A DNA stretch of 64,000 nt from Mobula birostris (Eukaryota), in NCBI RefSeq assembly GCF_030028105.1, contig NC_092375.1, positions 41,019,130-41,083,129 of the forward strand. The letters are read 5' to 3'. The notes under the pieces were generated by a model. It was not told the origin of the DNA. It searched no databases and saw nothing but the letters and a program-made list of their open reading frames with translations. The translations under genes and the position numbers were made by a program. Each line of letters begins with the position of its first letter. Position 1 is the first letter of the stretch. Of the stretch, positions 50,357 to 62,771 are shown piece by piece.

Positions 50357-50458
50357 AATAAAATCTAACTACTTGAATTAGTAGACATGTAAATTTGAAG
50401 ATGCATGTAAATTTAGAATTTTCAACAAATGTACAAATCCTTTTCATATGGAAATAAA
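50357..50458 (+). terminator. Candidate proximal RABL3 polyadenylation signals (AATAAA at 50357 and 50453)
   Basis: AATAAA hexamers ~450-550 nt after the stop codon, just before TE sequence resumes. A distal AATAAA lies at 53394. Confidence 0.5.
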
Positions 50459-50563
50459 AAGAAAAACCTGGTAAGATGGACTACTACTTTAAATGGTGAA
50501 CGAAAGTACTGGTGCTCAGAAGAATCTGGGTTCTCGTGCATGAATCACTGAAAATTTAATATA

Positions 50564-52029
50564 CAGGTGTCCCCTGCTTTTCAAACGTTTGCTTTACGAA
50601 ACCTCACTGTTACGAAAGACCTACATTAGTACCCTGTTTTCGCCAACAGAAGGTGTTTTCACTGTTACGAAAAAAAAAGCAGCGCGCGATAAAAGGCAGC
50701 GTGCGCCCCGAGCAGCTGCTCTCCCCCGGATTCGGAACGGCATTGCTTAAACACGTGCCTGTGAGCAGCCGTTTGCAAGATGAGTTCTAAGGTATTGGAA
50801 AAGCCTAAAAGAGCTCGTAAGGGTGTTACACTTAGCGTAAAACTAGACATACTTAAGCGTTTCGATTGTGGTGAATGAAGCAAGGACAAAGTGAGTTTGG
50901 CTTGTGGAAGCTGAGGAAGATGATGTTGAAGAGGTTGTGGCATCTCATGACCAAGAACTGATAGATGAAGAGCTGATGCAATTGGAAGAAGAAAGGATAA
51001 CAATTGAAACCGAATGCAGTAGCAAACAAAGTAAAGCAACTGCGTGAGATTTTCGCTGCAATGGTAAAGTACGACTTTAATTTTGAAAGGGTACATAGGT
51101 TTAGGGGATATTTGCAGGATGGTTTGAGTCCTTACAAAGAACTGTATGATAGAAAAATGCGCGAGGCTCGGCAGTCAAGCATGCCTTCCAGATCAGCCAC
51201 AGCAGACGACGAACCTTGACCTTTGACATCAAGGCAGGCAGTCATAGGAGAAGATGAGCTGCCTGCTCTAATGGAAACAGACGACGAGATGACAACATAG
51301 TGTCCCATCACCCCGCAATTCGCGGAGAATGCAATCGGAAATCGGCACTGATCTGGGCCGACAATTACGTGCCGGGCGGCACCTAATTAATTAGCATGTT
51401 TATTTCAGCTTTTTTCTTAAAGATGTGCTGTGTGCCTCCCGGCTACCGCTGTACCCCTGCATGCTTCGCAGATCGGTATCGGTCGGCGGCCTGGGGGGTG
51501 GGGGCCACTGCACCATCCAACCTGCGACGACTCAGTCTAACACGCCATCATCAGTGCGCTCTGCGCTGTCATCCTGATTCCTGTGATACTACACTGTAAT
51601 ACATTATTTCTACTTTATATAGGCTGTGTATTTTTACGTGTTATTTGGTATGATTTGACAGCTTCATAGCTTAAAGGTTACTGGAGAGCGCTTGCGCCGT
51701 GTTTTTGCCAACAGCGCTTGCGTGAGATTTTCTGCCGATGGCGCTTGCGTGAGATTTTCGCTACGGGGAACAATGCAGTAATGATTGTGGAAAAGTATTT
51801 CTACTTTATACAGGCTGTGTATTTATCATATCATTCTTGTTTTTACTATATGTTACTGTTATTTTAGGTTTTATGTGTTATTTGACATGATTTGGTAGGT
51901 TATTTTTGGGTCTGCGAATGCTCATAAGATTCTCCCATATAAATGGTAATTGCTTCTTCACTTTCTGACATTTCGGCTTACGAACCGTTTCATAGGAACG
52001 CTCTACCTTCAGATGGTGGGGGAAACCTG
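50564..52029 (+). mobile_element. Tigger-type non-autonomous DNA transposon, copy 2 (inverted relative to copy 1)
   Basis: TA|CAGGTGTCCCC ... GGGGGAAACCTG|TA; MSSKVLEKPKRARKGVTLSVKLDI HTH start; collinear with 40461-42054; sits in an old CR1. Confidence 0.9.
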
Positions 52030-54690
52030 TACAGGTACAGTAACAAATAAAAAGGTGAACGTTACACTGATCTTCATTCAAATGGATTTCAGTACATGAA
52101 TAGAGATGTCAATGTTACAACTACATCTGGAATGGATTTTCCATTTGGAGAGGATACACAAGTAATAAAGAGAGTACAATAACGTTTGCAAGATTGGATG
52201 GTAAGTTTATTGCATGAGGGCAGATGAAGCATACTTGACCTGAACTCTTGAATTTAGAGGAATAAAAGGTGAGCTCTGGAAGTGTGCCAAATTCTTATGG
52301 GCTGAACATAGCTGGTGTAGGGATGGTGATTCCCTTGCAGGCTTAGTCCAGGAGTGACAACCTCAAAATTCAAGGTCAGGAACTCAGGATGATAGAACAA
52401 AAATTCTTCATCTAGTGTGCTGATTTTTTGGAATTTTATGCCCAATAGACCTGTGAAGGCTCAGTAGCAAACTACACCCTTAAGAGATTGAATAACTTTA
52501 GATATTAAAATAATTGTTAGTATTAGAAATTGGTTGTGTGGTAAAAGAGCAACTAAAATCTTTTTAAAATGGAGGAGCAAGCATGAGTGTCTTGTGGCCT
52601 AATCTTGCTTTTCTTATATAAATACACTTACTTTTAATTTAGCAAGGTTTTTGTGTTTCTGCTAGAGCCTGATGCTGTATTTATCCAGAAATATGTACCT
52701 AAAGTCATTCAGTCATTATTGCCAAGGGACATGTAATACTCAGAATACATGTTCAGCAGGTGTTTGTTAGCTGAGAAAAGGGATAAACATCTCTTGTGAG
52801 AACCAGAGGCATTTTTGAGCAGTAAAAATATAAACCACTGAATGTAAGGTTAATTGATGAATCTATATATACATAAACAGATGTATTGTTTTAACTCGTG
52901 TCTCGGGCAATGGACAAATATTCAATCAACTGCCCCTTTGGGCAGACTTCAATCTCAACACTAAACCAAAGTATTATCTGAAATATTTGCTTTTTTTAAT
53001 AAGCAAAGCTTTTTTAAAATCATACCCACCAAGTACCAGTGCTATGTAGAATTACAGCTATTGTATTTTGCATGTTTGAAAGTAAAATAAGTTAAAGCTG
53101 TGAATCTCAGGAATTTCTTTTACTCTTGAATTTCTGCTACTTACAATTGTTTTACTCAACTACCAGATTTTCAGTTATACATTAAGATAATATGTTTGGA
53201 CCATGCGACTAAAGTAATCAACACTGGAACTGCAAAACCAGCTGATTCTTTTGCAAGGCAACAGATGTTCTTGCAATGTTATTTTACTTTTCCTTTCAAC
53301 ATCACTTTACTTTGGTAGATGCTACTTGTATAACTTCTTTCAGTACGCTTCTATTGTATCATGCAAAAGTTTGTAGTTCTAAAGATTACATTGAATAAAC
53401 TGTAGAAATCACTTTTAATATTTGTAACTCTGGTATATGATTCAAATTTGAATTATAAAGACTGTTAAGTTTAAATGTTAAAATCTGCTATACTCTAAGA
53501 GATCATTTCAAAAATGTGCAGAATATTGTTGGGTAGTGCACTTCAAAACTTTTGAAAATTTATTTTGAAACTTGAATTTAGTTAAACATATACATCTATT
53601 GGAGGAATCAATAAGTACTATGGTGCTTTGAGCCATGATTGTAAAGAGTGGAATACTTTGCATGATGGTGTATTTCAAACATTCTTGGGTCAGGTACAGG
53701 ACTAAGCTTCTGCACAAGAATAACCTCTCCACCTTCCTGTGGGTCTTTTAGATGGGGTTATCGACTTTCCAAGTTTAGAATGTGGTGCTCATAAGAGATT
53801 GGATTGTCTGCTAATGCCTAATGGTTTATAGGAAGGCAAGTTTTTATCATGAAAAGGTAGAAACATGCATCACATTTGCTTGAATTTGAACCTGCTGGGT
53901 TACAGACCTTAGTGCTGAAAGGTAGACAGCTGATTTTTGAATCATGTAGACATAATAGGATTAATTTTCTCGAATTTTTTGACTTCAAAGAAAAGAAGAG
54001 TCTCCTCTGCAAATATTTTAAGATAACATACACATGGGATTTAGTTAATTTCTCTGATTAAGCCTTTGCTAATTTCTCCCTTTCTAACCATCCTTTTGAC
54101 CTGTACAGTAGCTTGAGAGGAAGTCAGTGAAAATGAGTAACTACTTAACATCAGTGATAAGGAGAGAAATGCAAGAATCAACATTAAAAGATGTAATAAT
54201 AGAACTCCTTACAAAGACCGAGCAGAATCAGCATTAACTTATGAAAGTTGTGTTTGACCAACTACTGGAATTTTTTGAGTATTTGAGCTATGGAGTAAAT
54301 ACGGGAAAACCGGTGGATCTGGTATGTTTGGATTTTTGGTAATCCTTCTTGAGATTAATTATAGGCTTGGAGTTGTAAAGCATGGTAAAAGGCCCCCACA
54401 TTCATGCCAACCAGTGGGACCCACTTACTTTAATCCCATCTTCTGGTACTTGGTCCATAACATTTTCTGCCCAGTGATGTCAGGGGATGGACGAGGTCTT
54501 AAATTATGCCTTTTAAATGTATCTACTGCTGAAGTTACGAAAGCTGGTGAGTTCAGGATAGAGCAGTGATTACCTGAAAAATATGGATATTATGAAAAAG
54601 GGTGTGTTCTTGAAGCATATAACAGTGGATAAGTCCCTGGGCCTGACCAAGTATATCCTGTGGGAAGCAAGGGAAGAAGTTGCTAGGGTC

Positions 54691-56892
54691 TTTTCTTTTT
54701 CAATCTTTTTATTAGTTTCATAATGAAAAACATAACATAGTATTGATACAAAGTTATTGGGATTACATTGTTGTAATTAACATATTTAAATATAAACCCA
54801 GTTGACACACGGGTATTAAACCTCCCAATAATACAGGATACAAATATAATATACAAAAAAAAATAACATGAAAAAAGAAAAAAATACCCCAAAAGAAAAA
54901 CTAACCTAAACAATGCTAACCAACTAAACTAAGGAAAGAAAGACATGGGCTGTTGTGTAACATCAAAAAAAAAGAACCATTATTGTCGTTGACTCTGCTC
55001 CTCTCGACATATACTAAAAAGAAATAGAATAAGTTTGGAAAAGGTCAAATTACATCATATGGAAGTGTTGAATAAATGGCCTCCAAGTCTTTTCAAATTT
55101 AATAGAGGGATCAAAAATATCACTTCTAATTTTTTTCTAAGTTTAAACACAACACAGTTTGAGAGAACCAATGAAATGTGGTGGGAAGATTAATCTCTTT
55201 CCAGTTCAGCAAAATGGATCTTCTAGCCATTAATGAAAGAAATGCAATCATCCGACAGGCTGAAGAGGTTAAATGACTTGGTTCTATAATTGGTAACCCA
55301 CAAATTGCGGTAATAGGGTGAGGTTGTAAATCGATATTCAGAACAGTTGAAATAATATCAAAAATATCTTTCCAGTATTTTTTCAAAAAAGGACATGGCC
55401 AAAACGTATGAGTTAAAGAAGCTATCTCAGAGTGACATCTATCACGTACAGGATTTATATGAGAGTAATAATGAGCTAATTTATCCTTAGAAATATGAGC
55501 CCTATGCACTACTTTAAACTGTATCAACGCATGTTTAGCACATATAGAGGATGAGTTAACTAATTGAAGAATTTTTTCCCATTTTTTTCAATCGGTGAAG
55601 TAATCTTAAGTTCTCTTTCCCAATCAGTCTTAACTTTATTAGATACGTCTGGACGTATTTTCATAATTATATTATAAATAGTTGCTATTACACCTTTCTG
55701 AAAAGGATTTAAATCTAAATTTTTTTCCAAAACATCCGTTGAATATAAATTCAGGAAGGTAGGAAGAACAGTATTTTTAAAGTTTCTAATCTGTAAATAT
55801 CTAAAAAAAAATGGGTTCTAGGCAAGTTATATTTATTAGATAATTGTTCAAAGGTACTATACCTTTAGTTTTCCAAGCCAAATAGGCTTGATCCATGATA
55901 GAGGGTTGAAAGAAGAAATTAGATATAATAGGACTTGCTAGAATGAATTGATTCAACCCAAAAAGATTTCAAAATTGAAACCATATTCGTAAAGTATATT
56001 TTACTATTGGGTTATCAATTTGTTTATACAATTTAGAAAGAGTAAAGGGAAGTGAAGTCCCTAAAAATAGAACCCAGTGAAAACCCTTGTAAAGAATTAC
56101 CTTCAAGATTTACCCAATGTGCACTTGAAGTTATGTCTAAGTCCCATAACCAAAATTTTAAATATCGAATATTAATTGCCCAATAGTAAAATCTTAAATT
56201 CGGCAATGCCAAACCCCCCCACCTTTTTAGATTTCTGTAAGTATCTTTTATCTAACCTAGGATTTTTATTCTACCATACATATGAAGAAATTTTGGAATC
56301 AACATTATCAAAAAAGAATTTCGGAATAAAAATTGGCACCACTTGAACTAAATATAAAAATTTAGGTAAAATAATCATCCTGATAGCATTGATTTGACCT
56401 ATCAATGACAGAGACATTGGTGACCATTTAGTAAACAGAAGTTTAATCTGATCAATTAAAGGTAAAAAAAAATTAGCCTTAAGTAAATTCTTATGCAATC
56501 AAAGATCTCCCTTTTTTCGCTTATTTCGGGGTACTAGGCAGGGATGTCCTCTTAGTCCATTATTATTTGATATTGCCCTTGAACCTTTAGCAATTGCTAT
56601 CCGAGACTCACCTAACATTTTTGGTATTACCCATGGGAATGAATTACATAAGTTATCATTATATGCAGATGATTTGTTATTATACATTTCTAATCCTGAG
56701 AAATTCATTCCCGCTATTTTATCCTTGTTGACTCAGTTTAGTAATTTTTCTGGTTATAATTTGAACCTTAATAAGAGTGAACTATTTCCCCTAAATATGC
56801 AGGTTCCAATTTATGGATGTTCACCATTTAAATTGGTTATCAACTTTTTTTTACACTTATTTAGGGGTTAAAATTACAAAAACAAGCACAAG
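54691..56892 (-). mobile_element. L1-clade LINE, 5'-truncated with inverted 5' segment (~56499-56892), 15-bp TSD, inserted in a CR1
   Basis: TSD gaagttgctagggtc at 54676-54690 and 56893-56907; A-rich tail at 54691; minus strand GQINAIRMIILPKFLYL and RCHSEIASLTHTFWPC; plus strand RGTRQGCPLSPLLF...KLSLYADDLLLY...SGYNLNLNKS...YLGVKIT. Confidence 0.92.
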
Positions 56893-58939
56893 GAAGTTGC
56901 TAGGGTCCTGCTCATTTTTTTTTGTACAGGTACAGAAGACTCAAGTAGCTAATGTTGTGCCTTTATTTAAAAAGGACCACAAAGAATGCCAGAGAACCAC
57001 AGGCTGGTGATCTTACATCATCAGTGGCTTGGTTACTGGAAGGGATTCTGAGAAAGAGAATTTGGAAAGGCAAGGTCTGATTAGTGGTAGCATGGTGCTG
57101 TGTTTGGGAAATTGTGTTTCGCTAATTTGAGGGATTTTTTGTTTGAGGGGATTGACAACAGCAGGGCAGTAGTTGTTCAAAATTACAACAGCATAAGATC
57201 AACTGGGAAAGTGGACAAAGCAATGCCAGATGGAATTTAACTCTAAGACTGAAGGGATGGAGTTTGGCAGAGTAATGGGGAGTATTGTACAACAGAGAGA
57301 CCTAGGACTGCAAGTACTTGGGTAGTTCTCTGAAAGAGGTGACATAGTTGGATAGGGTGGTGAAGAAAGTGTTTGGTATGTTTGCCTTCATCAATTGGGG
57401 CACTGATTACAAGACCTAGATATCTTGTTATTAATGTAAAATACATTGGTGAGATTTGAAATACTGTGTGCAGTTTTAGTCGTTCAATGACAGTACCAAA
57501 CTAGGTGAGATACTGAGTATGAGTTTGTACAGGAATTTTGCAGAATGTGGAAAGTTAAATGGCAAGAATGCAACAGTGGATAATGTGGGGAAAATGAAAG
57601 GTCATCTATTTTGGTGAAGATGATCAAAATCAAGAGTGTTTGTTAAATGGTTAGAGATTTGGAAATGTTAATGTTCAAGGGGACCTGGTGTGTGTGTGTA
57701 CACAAGTCACTGAGTTCAATGTGAAAATGCAGCAGTTCATTCAGAGAGCAAATGGTATGTTAGCCATTATAACAAAAGGGTTTTTGGTGCATTTGTATTG
57801 TTTTTTGCTGAAATTGCACTGCAGTGTTGTGAAGGCTTTGGCTTTCTTACCTAAGAAAGAATGTACTTGTCAAAGAGGGAAAACAGCAAAGATTTCCAGA
57901 TTGATTCCAAAAATTAAAGTTGTATTAAATTGAATCATTACACATTGCATTGAGCTAGATTAAGGTAAAAATAATAATGCTGAATAAGGTGTAAAAACTA
58001 CTGAAAGAGTACAGTGCAGGTAAATGATATCGTGCAAGGTTATAACAAGGTAGCTTGTGCAGCCAAGAGTTTATTTTATCTTAAAGAGGTTCGTTCAGAT
58101 TAGCTACTATACTAAGCCATTATGCATCCAGACAGAATATTTTCTATGGTGCATCGATTTAAAAAGCTGGTAAGAACCGATGGGGGAGAAAATGCTGAAT
58201 TTCTTTAGCCCCCCTGAATAAGTAGAGGCATTCCTAGCGGTGACATCAATATGATTGGACCAAGTCAGGCTTTTTGGTTATGTTCACACCTGGGAACTTG
58301 AATCTGAACCTAAACATCATTGATGTAGATGACTTGAATTTAGGATTATGTCACTTCAGGTAACTTGATCTGTGTATTAGCCATCTATCTGTGATATTGA
58401 CTTAGCTTGTTTCTTTCCCCTTTTTATTTCTCCTTTGGGAATGGAGTATATGTTCAGCTTAACCTGCCAGGCACGTCTTCCTGCTAGTGTTTCACAACTC
58501 CTACATTCTTTTGTTCGTGCTCCCACTGTCTTGCTCTTTATTCACTCATTGACCAGTTTACAGCTCATCTGCATGTCACCCCATTTTTACCCTATCAATC
58601 TCCCTTCCTCATCCCTGCAGCTCAACAAGCTTCCTTTGTCTACTCCCAGTTCTGACAGAGTATTTGGGCTGAAAAATTAACTCTGTTCCTCTTCTCTCAG
58701 ACATGGTCTTGTATGATTCTGACATTTTCTGCTTTTACCATTTTGAACAAATCTTGAAAAAAGCATTTAAAGTAGTAAGGGTCCACAATGTATACTAGGT
58801 GAAGGACTTAATTGTCCATCACCAGGAATGGCTTGGTAGAGCCACCACTAACTGAGCAAACTGAATTGTAAAGATCATTTTCTGCTTCAGACCCAGTGTG
58901 GTACTCACGAACAAACATATTTGACCTTGTTTTTGCTAA

Positions 58940-61020
58940 TCAAGCTGATGTAGGTGACCAACAAACAATCCTTGTGAATGCAAGATCTTGTCTTCATCAT
59001 GTTGCATGCCAGTATAGTTGCCAATTTCAACCTCCTGGAAATTGACTGGAAACTCAGTTGGACCAGCCATATAAATGCTGTGGCTATAAGAGCACATGTT
59101 TTGTTGAGAGCAACTTGTCTCTTGACCTTGTGGTATTTCCCATAACCTACAAAGCATATGTCTGGAATGAGATAGAATATTCTCCACTTGCTTGAATTAA
59201 TACAACTTCAAGTTTGACAGATATCAACATCTTCCAGACAAAACAGTGTGTTGATTGGCACTCTATCCACCAACTTTGTAATGTTGATCCAATATCTGGC
59301 ATCCATGAAATACACTGCAGTTACAAATCTGGACTATTTCAACAGTAGTTGGAATTCTAACACTAGAAATAGCAAGGGGAGCAAGTATTTAACAACACTA
59401 CCACTTGCAGATTGCCCCTTTGCATACCATCTAAACTCAGAAAAAAATTGCCGTTTCTCTATTGTTGAGTCAAAAACTCGAACTTTCTAAAGTTATTGTG
59501 GGTGTAGTTTTACCAGAAACATTGCACAGTTTCAACAGGTTGGCTCACAGCTACCATCTTAAAGGCATGCAAGGATGGGCAATAAATGTTGAATCTTACC
59601 TGGGTACCTGAAAAATGAAGGCAAGTATGAGCAAGAGCAGCAATGATATTTGTTGTAAGACTATAGAGTTTTTCTGGAAATGAAAGACAATAGGTTTGAT
59701 CTACCTAAAATTTAACTGGAAGAATTTAACACATTTGGGACTGAATGTTAGACTCGCCAAGAATAAGTAAATACTGTAGTTGGATCTGGGTGCAGAGAAA
59801 AAATGAGGTTTTAAATTTCATTTTCCACTTAGTCAACTATGGTGTGTAGTTATTATTTTGGTTGGAGTTCCAAACTATCCTGTAACTGCATGCTTGTATC
59901 TCCTTAAACATGTCTTGCTTCTTTCCAAGCACAACAGCTGAGGACATAAGTGCTTGTGGATGCTGATTTGATATCTACTGTAGGAATGATGCCCTCAAAT
60001 GTCTACAGGTAAATACATACAGGAAGATAAATTTGGGATTGGAGCTTGTTGTTTGTTTGTGAGTACTTGGAGTGGTGAGAAAGTAAGTTTACGGCTATAA
60101 ATTAATAGGTAATGGAGGGGGAAAAGTGAGAGTAACTCAGCAAGCTGTGCAGTGGATAGAAGCTGTCCAAAGTGTGCGCTGTACCTAGCCACCTCAAAGG
60201 TGCAAGGTTTAAAGGGAAATGGAAAATGGCCAAAATCATAGAAGTTCATTTGCACTCTTATTACTGTGTAAAGAAACAAAACCCACTTAAGGAGATCCAA
60301 GCATGGAGCTATGAGATAGGTGGCCATGATAAGAGTGAAAAGACAGGCTGGAGGTGGGATATTGGTTTGAAAGAACAATCAGATTAAGGACAATTTTAAT
60401 AAGGATGAGACGATGATATTCAAATGGAAAATAATTGTACCTGAGGGGAAGGAACGTTTATCACATCAACAAGCAATGAACCAAAAAGGAATGTTGACTC
60501 TCCAGTATTGTAAACTAAGTAAGGTCAATTAGTGCAGAAATTAAGTTCGAAGTAAGCTTTGCACTCCAGCAGGAGAGATAAAGTCCAAGAAACAAAAGCT
60601 GCAATATGACTTTTAACGTGACTGAATGACTACTTGTAGTGCAGTTTCACATCATACTTAACCAAATAACGCACTGATTATGATCCCATCTGCCATCTAA
60701 ATATTCCCACCACTGCAGCAGCATTGACTATCTACAAAATGCACTTCAAGAACTACTGTACCAATGCTTTTCAACAGCATGTCGTAAACTGGAAACTTCC
60801 ACTATTTGATGAGGATAAATCAGTGGGCAAATGCAAGTTCTCATCATCACTTGCAATTTATCCTCCTAGTCTCTCAAAATCCTGCTCTGTACTGTTACTT
60901 CATCACTAAGCAGCTTCTGCAACTCAAGGTAAAGCAGTGTGAACTCACCAGAGATTGCAATAGATCAGTCAGGTGGTTGATTGCCGTCCTCCCATGGAGG
61001 CTTGGGGATGGATCATAAGT
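58940..61020 (+). mobile_element. Two old CR1/L2-group 3' relics (~58940-59600, ~60690-61020); a related copy at ~29340-30030
   Basis: Shared tatctacaaaatgcacttcaag / gcaagttc...cact / ggatgggcaataaatg motifs; heavily diverged. Confidence 0.5.
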
Positions 61021-61294
61021 GCAAGTGTATATACTACTACAGCATACAGAAGAATTTTTAAAAAATGATTTGTGGATAATTATATAGATTGTTCCAGATT
61101 AGGTATGAAATTCAGGTTCAACATTCTGAAAATATAGTGTCCTGCTTCTCTATTCCTTTTTCTTTCTCTTTTCCATTTTATAGATTTTTATTAGTCATTT
61201 TGTACACTTCATAATCACTTTTCAGTTTTTTGCTTTTTTTTTCCTCTGTGTTCAATCACTTCACTTACTCTCATTGCACTTCATTTATTTTAAC

Positions 61295-61420
61295 CAGATT
61301 GGTTGCATCAGTTTTGGAGCATGCCTATTGCAATGTCAGTCATATAAAGTCAGCTGCCCTACAGCTGCAAAGTTCTTTCTTCTCTGAGTACCATCTCTGG
61401 TTGGGTTGAAATTTGGACCT
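61295..61420 (+). promoter_or_regulatory. TATA-type core promoter of probable HGD
   Basis: TATAAA at 61343-61348, reverse CCAAT (ATTGG) at ~61298, ATTGCAAT (C/EBP-like) at ~61327, TGCAAAGTTCT (HNF4-like) at ~61365; non-repetitive sequence ~110 nt upstream of the ATG. Confidence 0.55.
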
Positions 61421-61457
61421 TCTGTACATTGTCTAAACACAACTAAACGGAACAAAA

Positions 61458-61472
61458 ATGGGCTCACTCAAG
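61458..61472 (+). CDS. HGD: Probable homogentisate 1,2-dioxygenase first coding exon (15 nt, MGSLK)
   Basis: aaaaATG GGC TCA CTC AAG|GTACGA. Human HGD exon 1 encodes exactly 5 codons (MAELK) and HGD lies downstream of RABL3 on the same strand in human; TATA box upstream. Exon 2 not found in the window. Confidence 0.68.
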
Positions 61473-62771
61473 GTACGAACTCTGAATTCATCGATGATAG
61501 ATCTCAAAATATTTTATTTATCATGAGAGCTACATTTCATTATTTCATTTATTTTGATATAATCCACTGATTTTTTTTAAGCTTTTTAGGGTCAATTAGC
61601 TTAATTTAAAATATGCTGTTCTATTAGGGTACATATAATAATGTCAATCATTGTTTTAAATTTTATTATTGAAATTCTGTATTCTGTTTTTAAGTGCATT
61701 ATTTTTTTTTACCTCTGTCACAGAATTAGTATCACTTTCAGTAACTGAAAATAGGTAATTTTGAAACTATTTCTGGTGAAAAATCTGTAAAACACAATCT
61801 GTAAATGGACTGCGTAACTTTTAGACTTTGAAACCAAATATATATTTTGAAACTTCTGCACTGCTGACAGCCAATGAATGGGAGCCAGAATGTATCCGCC
61901 TATTGACAGGAGGTCAAATGGCTGGTTGAACAATCTGATACCCCTCTCTTTAGGGAGTTTATTATAGATCTATTACATAAAATTTTACAATGTTAGTATC
62001 TTTTATGATATACAAACATTTCTGTGATAATTCGGTTTTAATTTCCACATTAATATTTGTAAATAGAGGATAATAAAGTAAACATTTTTGAAGAGTATGT
62101 TGGGAGCACAAACTTCCTACTTCATAAGTAACTCTACATCCTTTTAGAAAGGAAATCTGGCACAGAAGTTTTTTGAGCTTAACTTATTCAGAACCAGACT
62201 TGCAAGAAACATGAAGACTGCCAGTCTTTTAAATAAGACTTGTGTTGGTTGGGTGAGATGAGTCAGTGGGTTGAGGATAGTAGACTTTAGATTAATTAGA
62301 TCATAGTGTTGAAAGTAATAAGTTGGTGTGGTCACAGTAATTCAGACGTGTGAAATCCCCCAGTGTGAATGGCACTGGGGGTTTATAGTGGTGTGTGGTA
62401 AGGGATCTTTGGATGAAAGTAAGAAGTTCCAATATTTTCTTTGCCAAATGGTTAATAATTAACAGTGAGTTACTGTAGCTGTTCGAGTCCCAGGAAAGAT
62501 TTGGAATTAAAAAACACTCAGAAGTTTTAGTAATTCCTGAATCACAATCCTATTGGAGTTTGCTAGAATAGAAATGAGATGCTGAATATGGAAGTTCCTG
62601 AAGAAATACTGCATCCATGTGTCGGAAATGAATGTATTTTGAAACAGATACATTTTTTTAAAAATAAAAAAGGATCTGTTGATAACTGGAAAGAAAAATA
62701 AGTGGATCCTGTGCAAGGCAGAAAACTGCAGAATAACTTACAAAACTGCTGGACGTTCAGTGGTTTAAAAT

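Noticed and set aside
62600-62650. gtcggaaatgaatgt as HGD exon 2 (GNEC)
   Set aside because: Flanking residues and splice sites do not fit; chance match.
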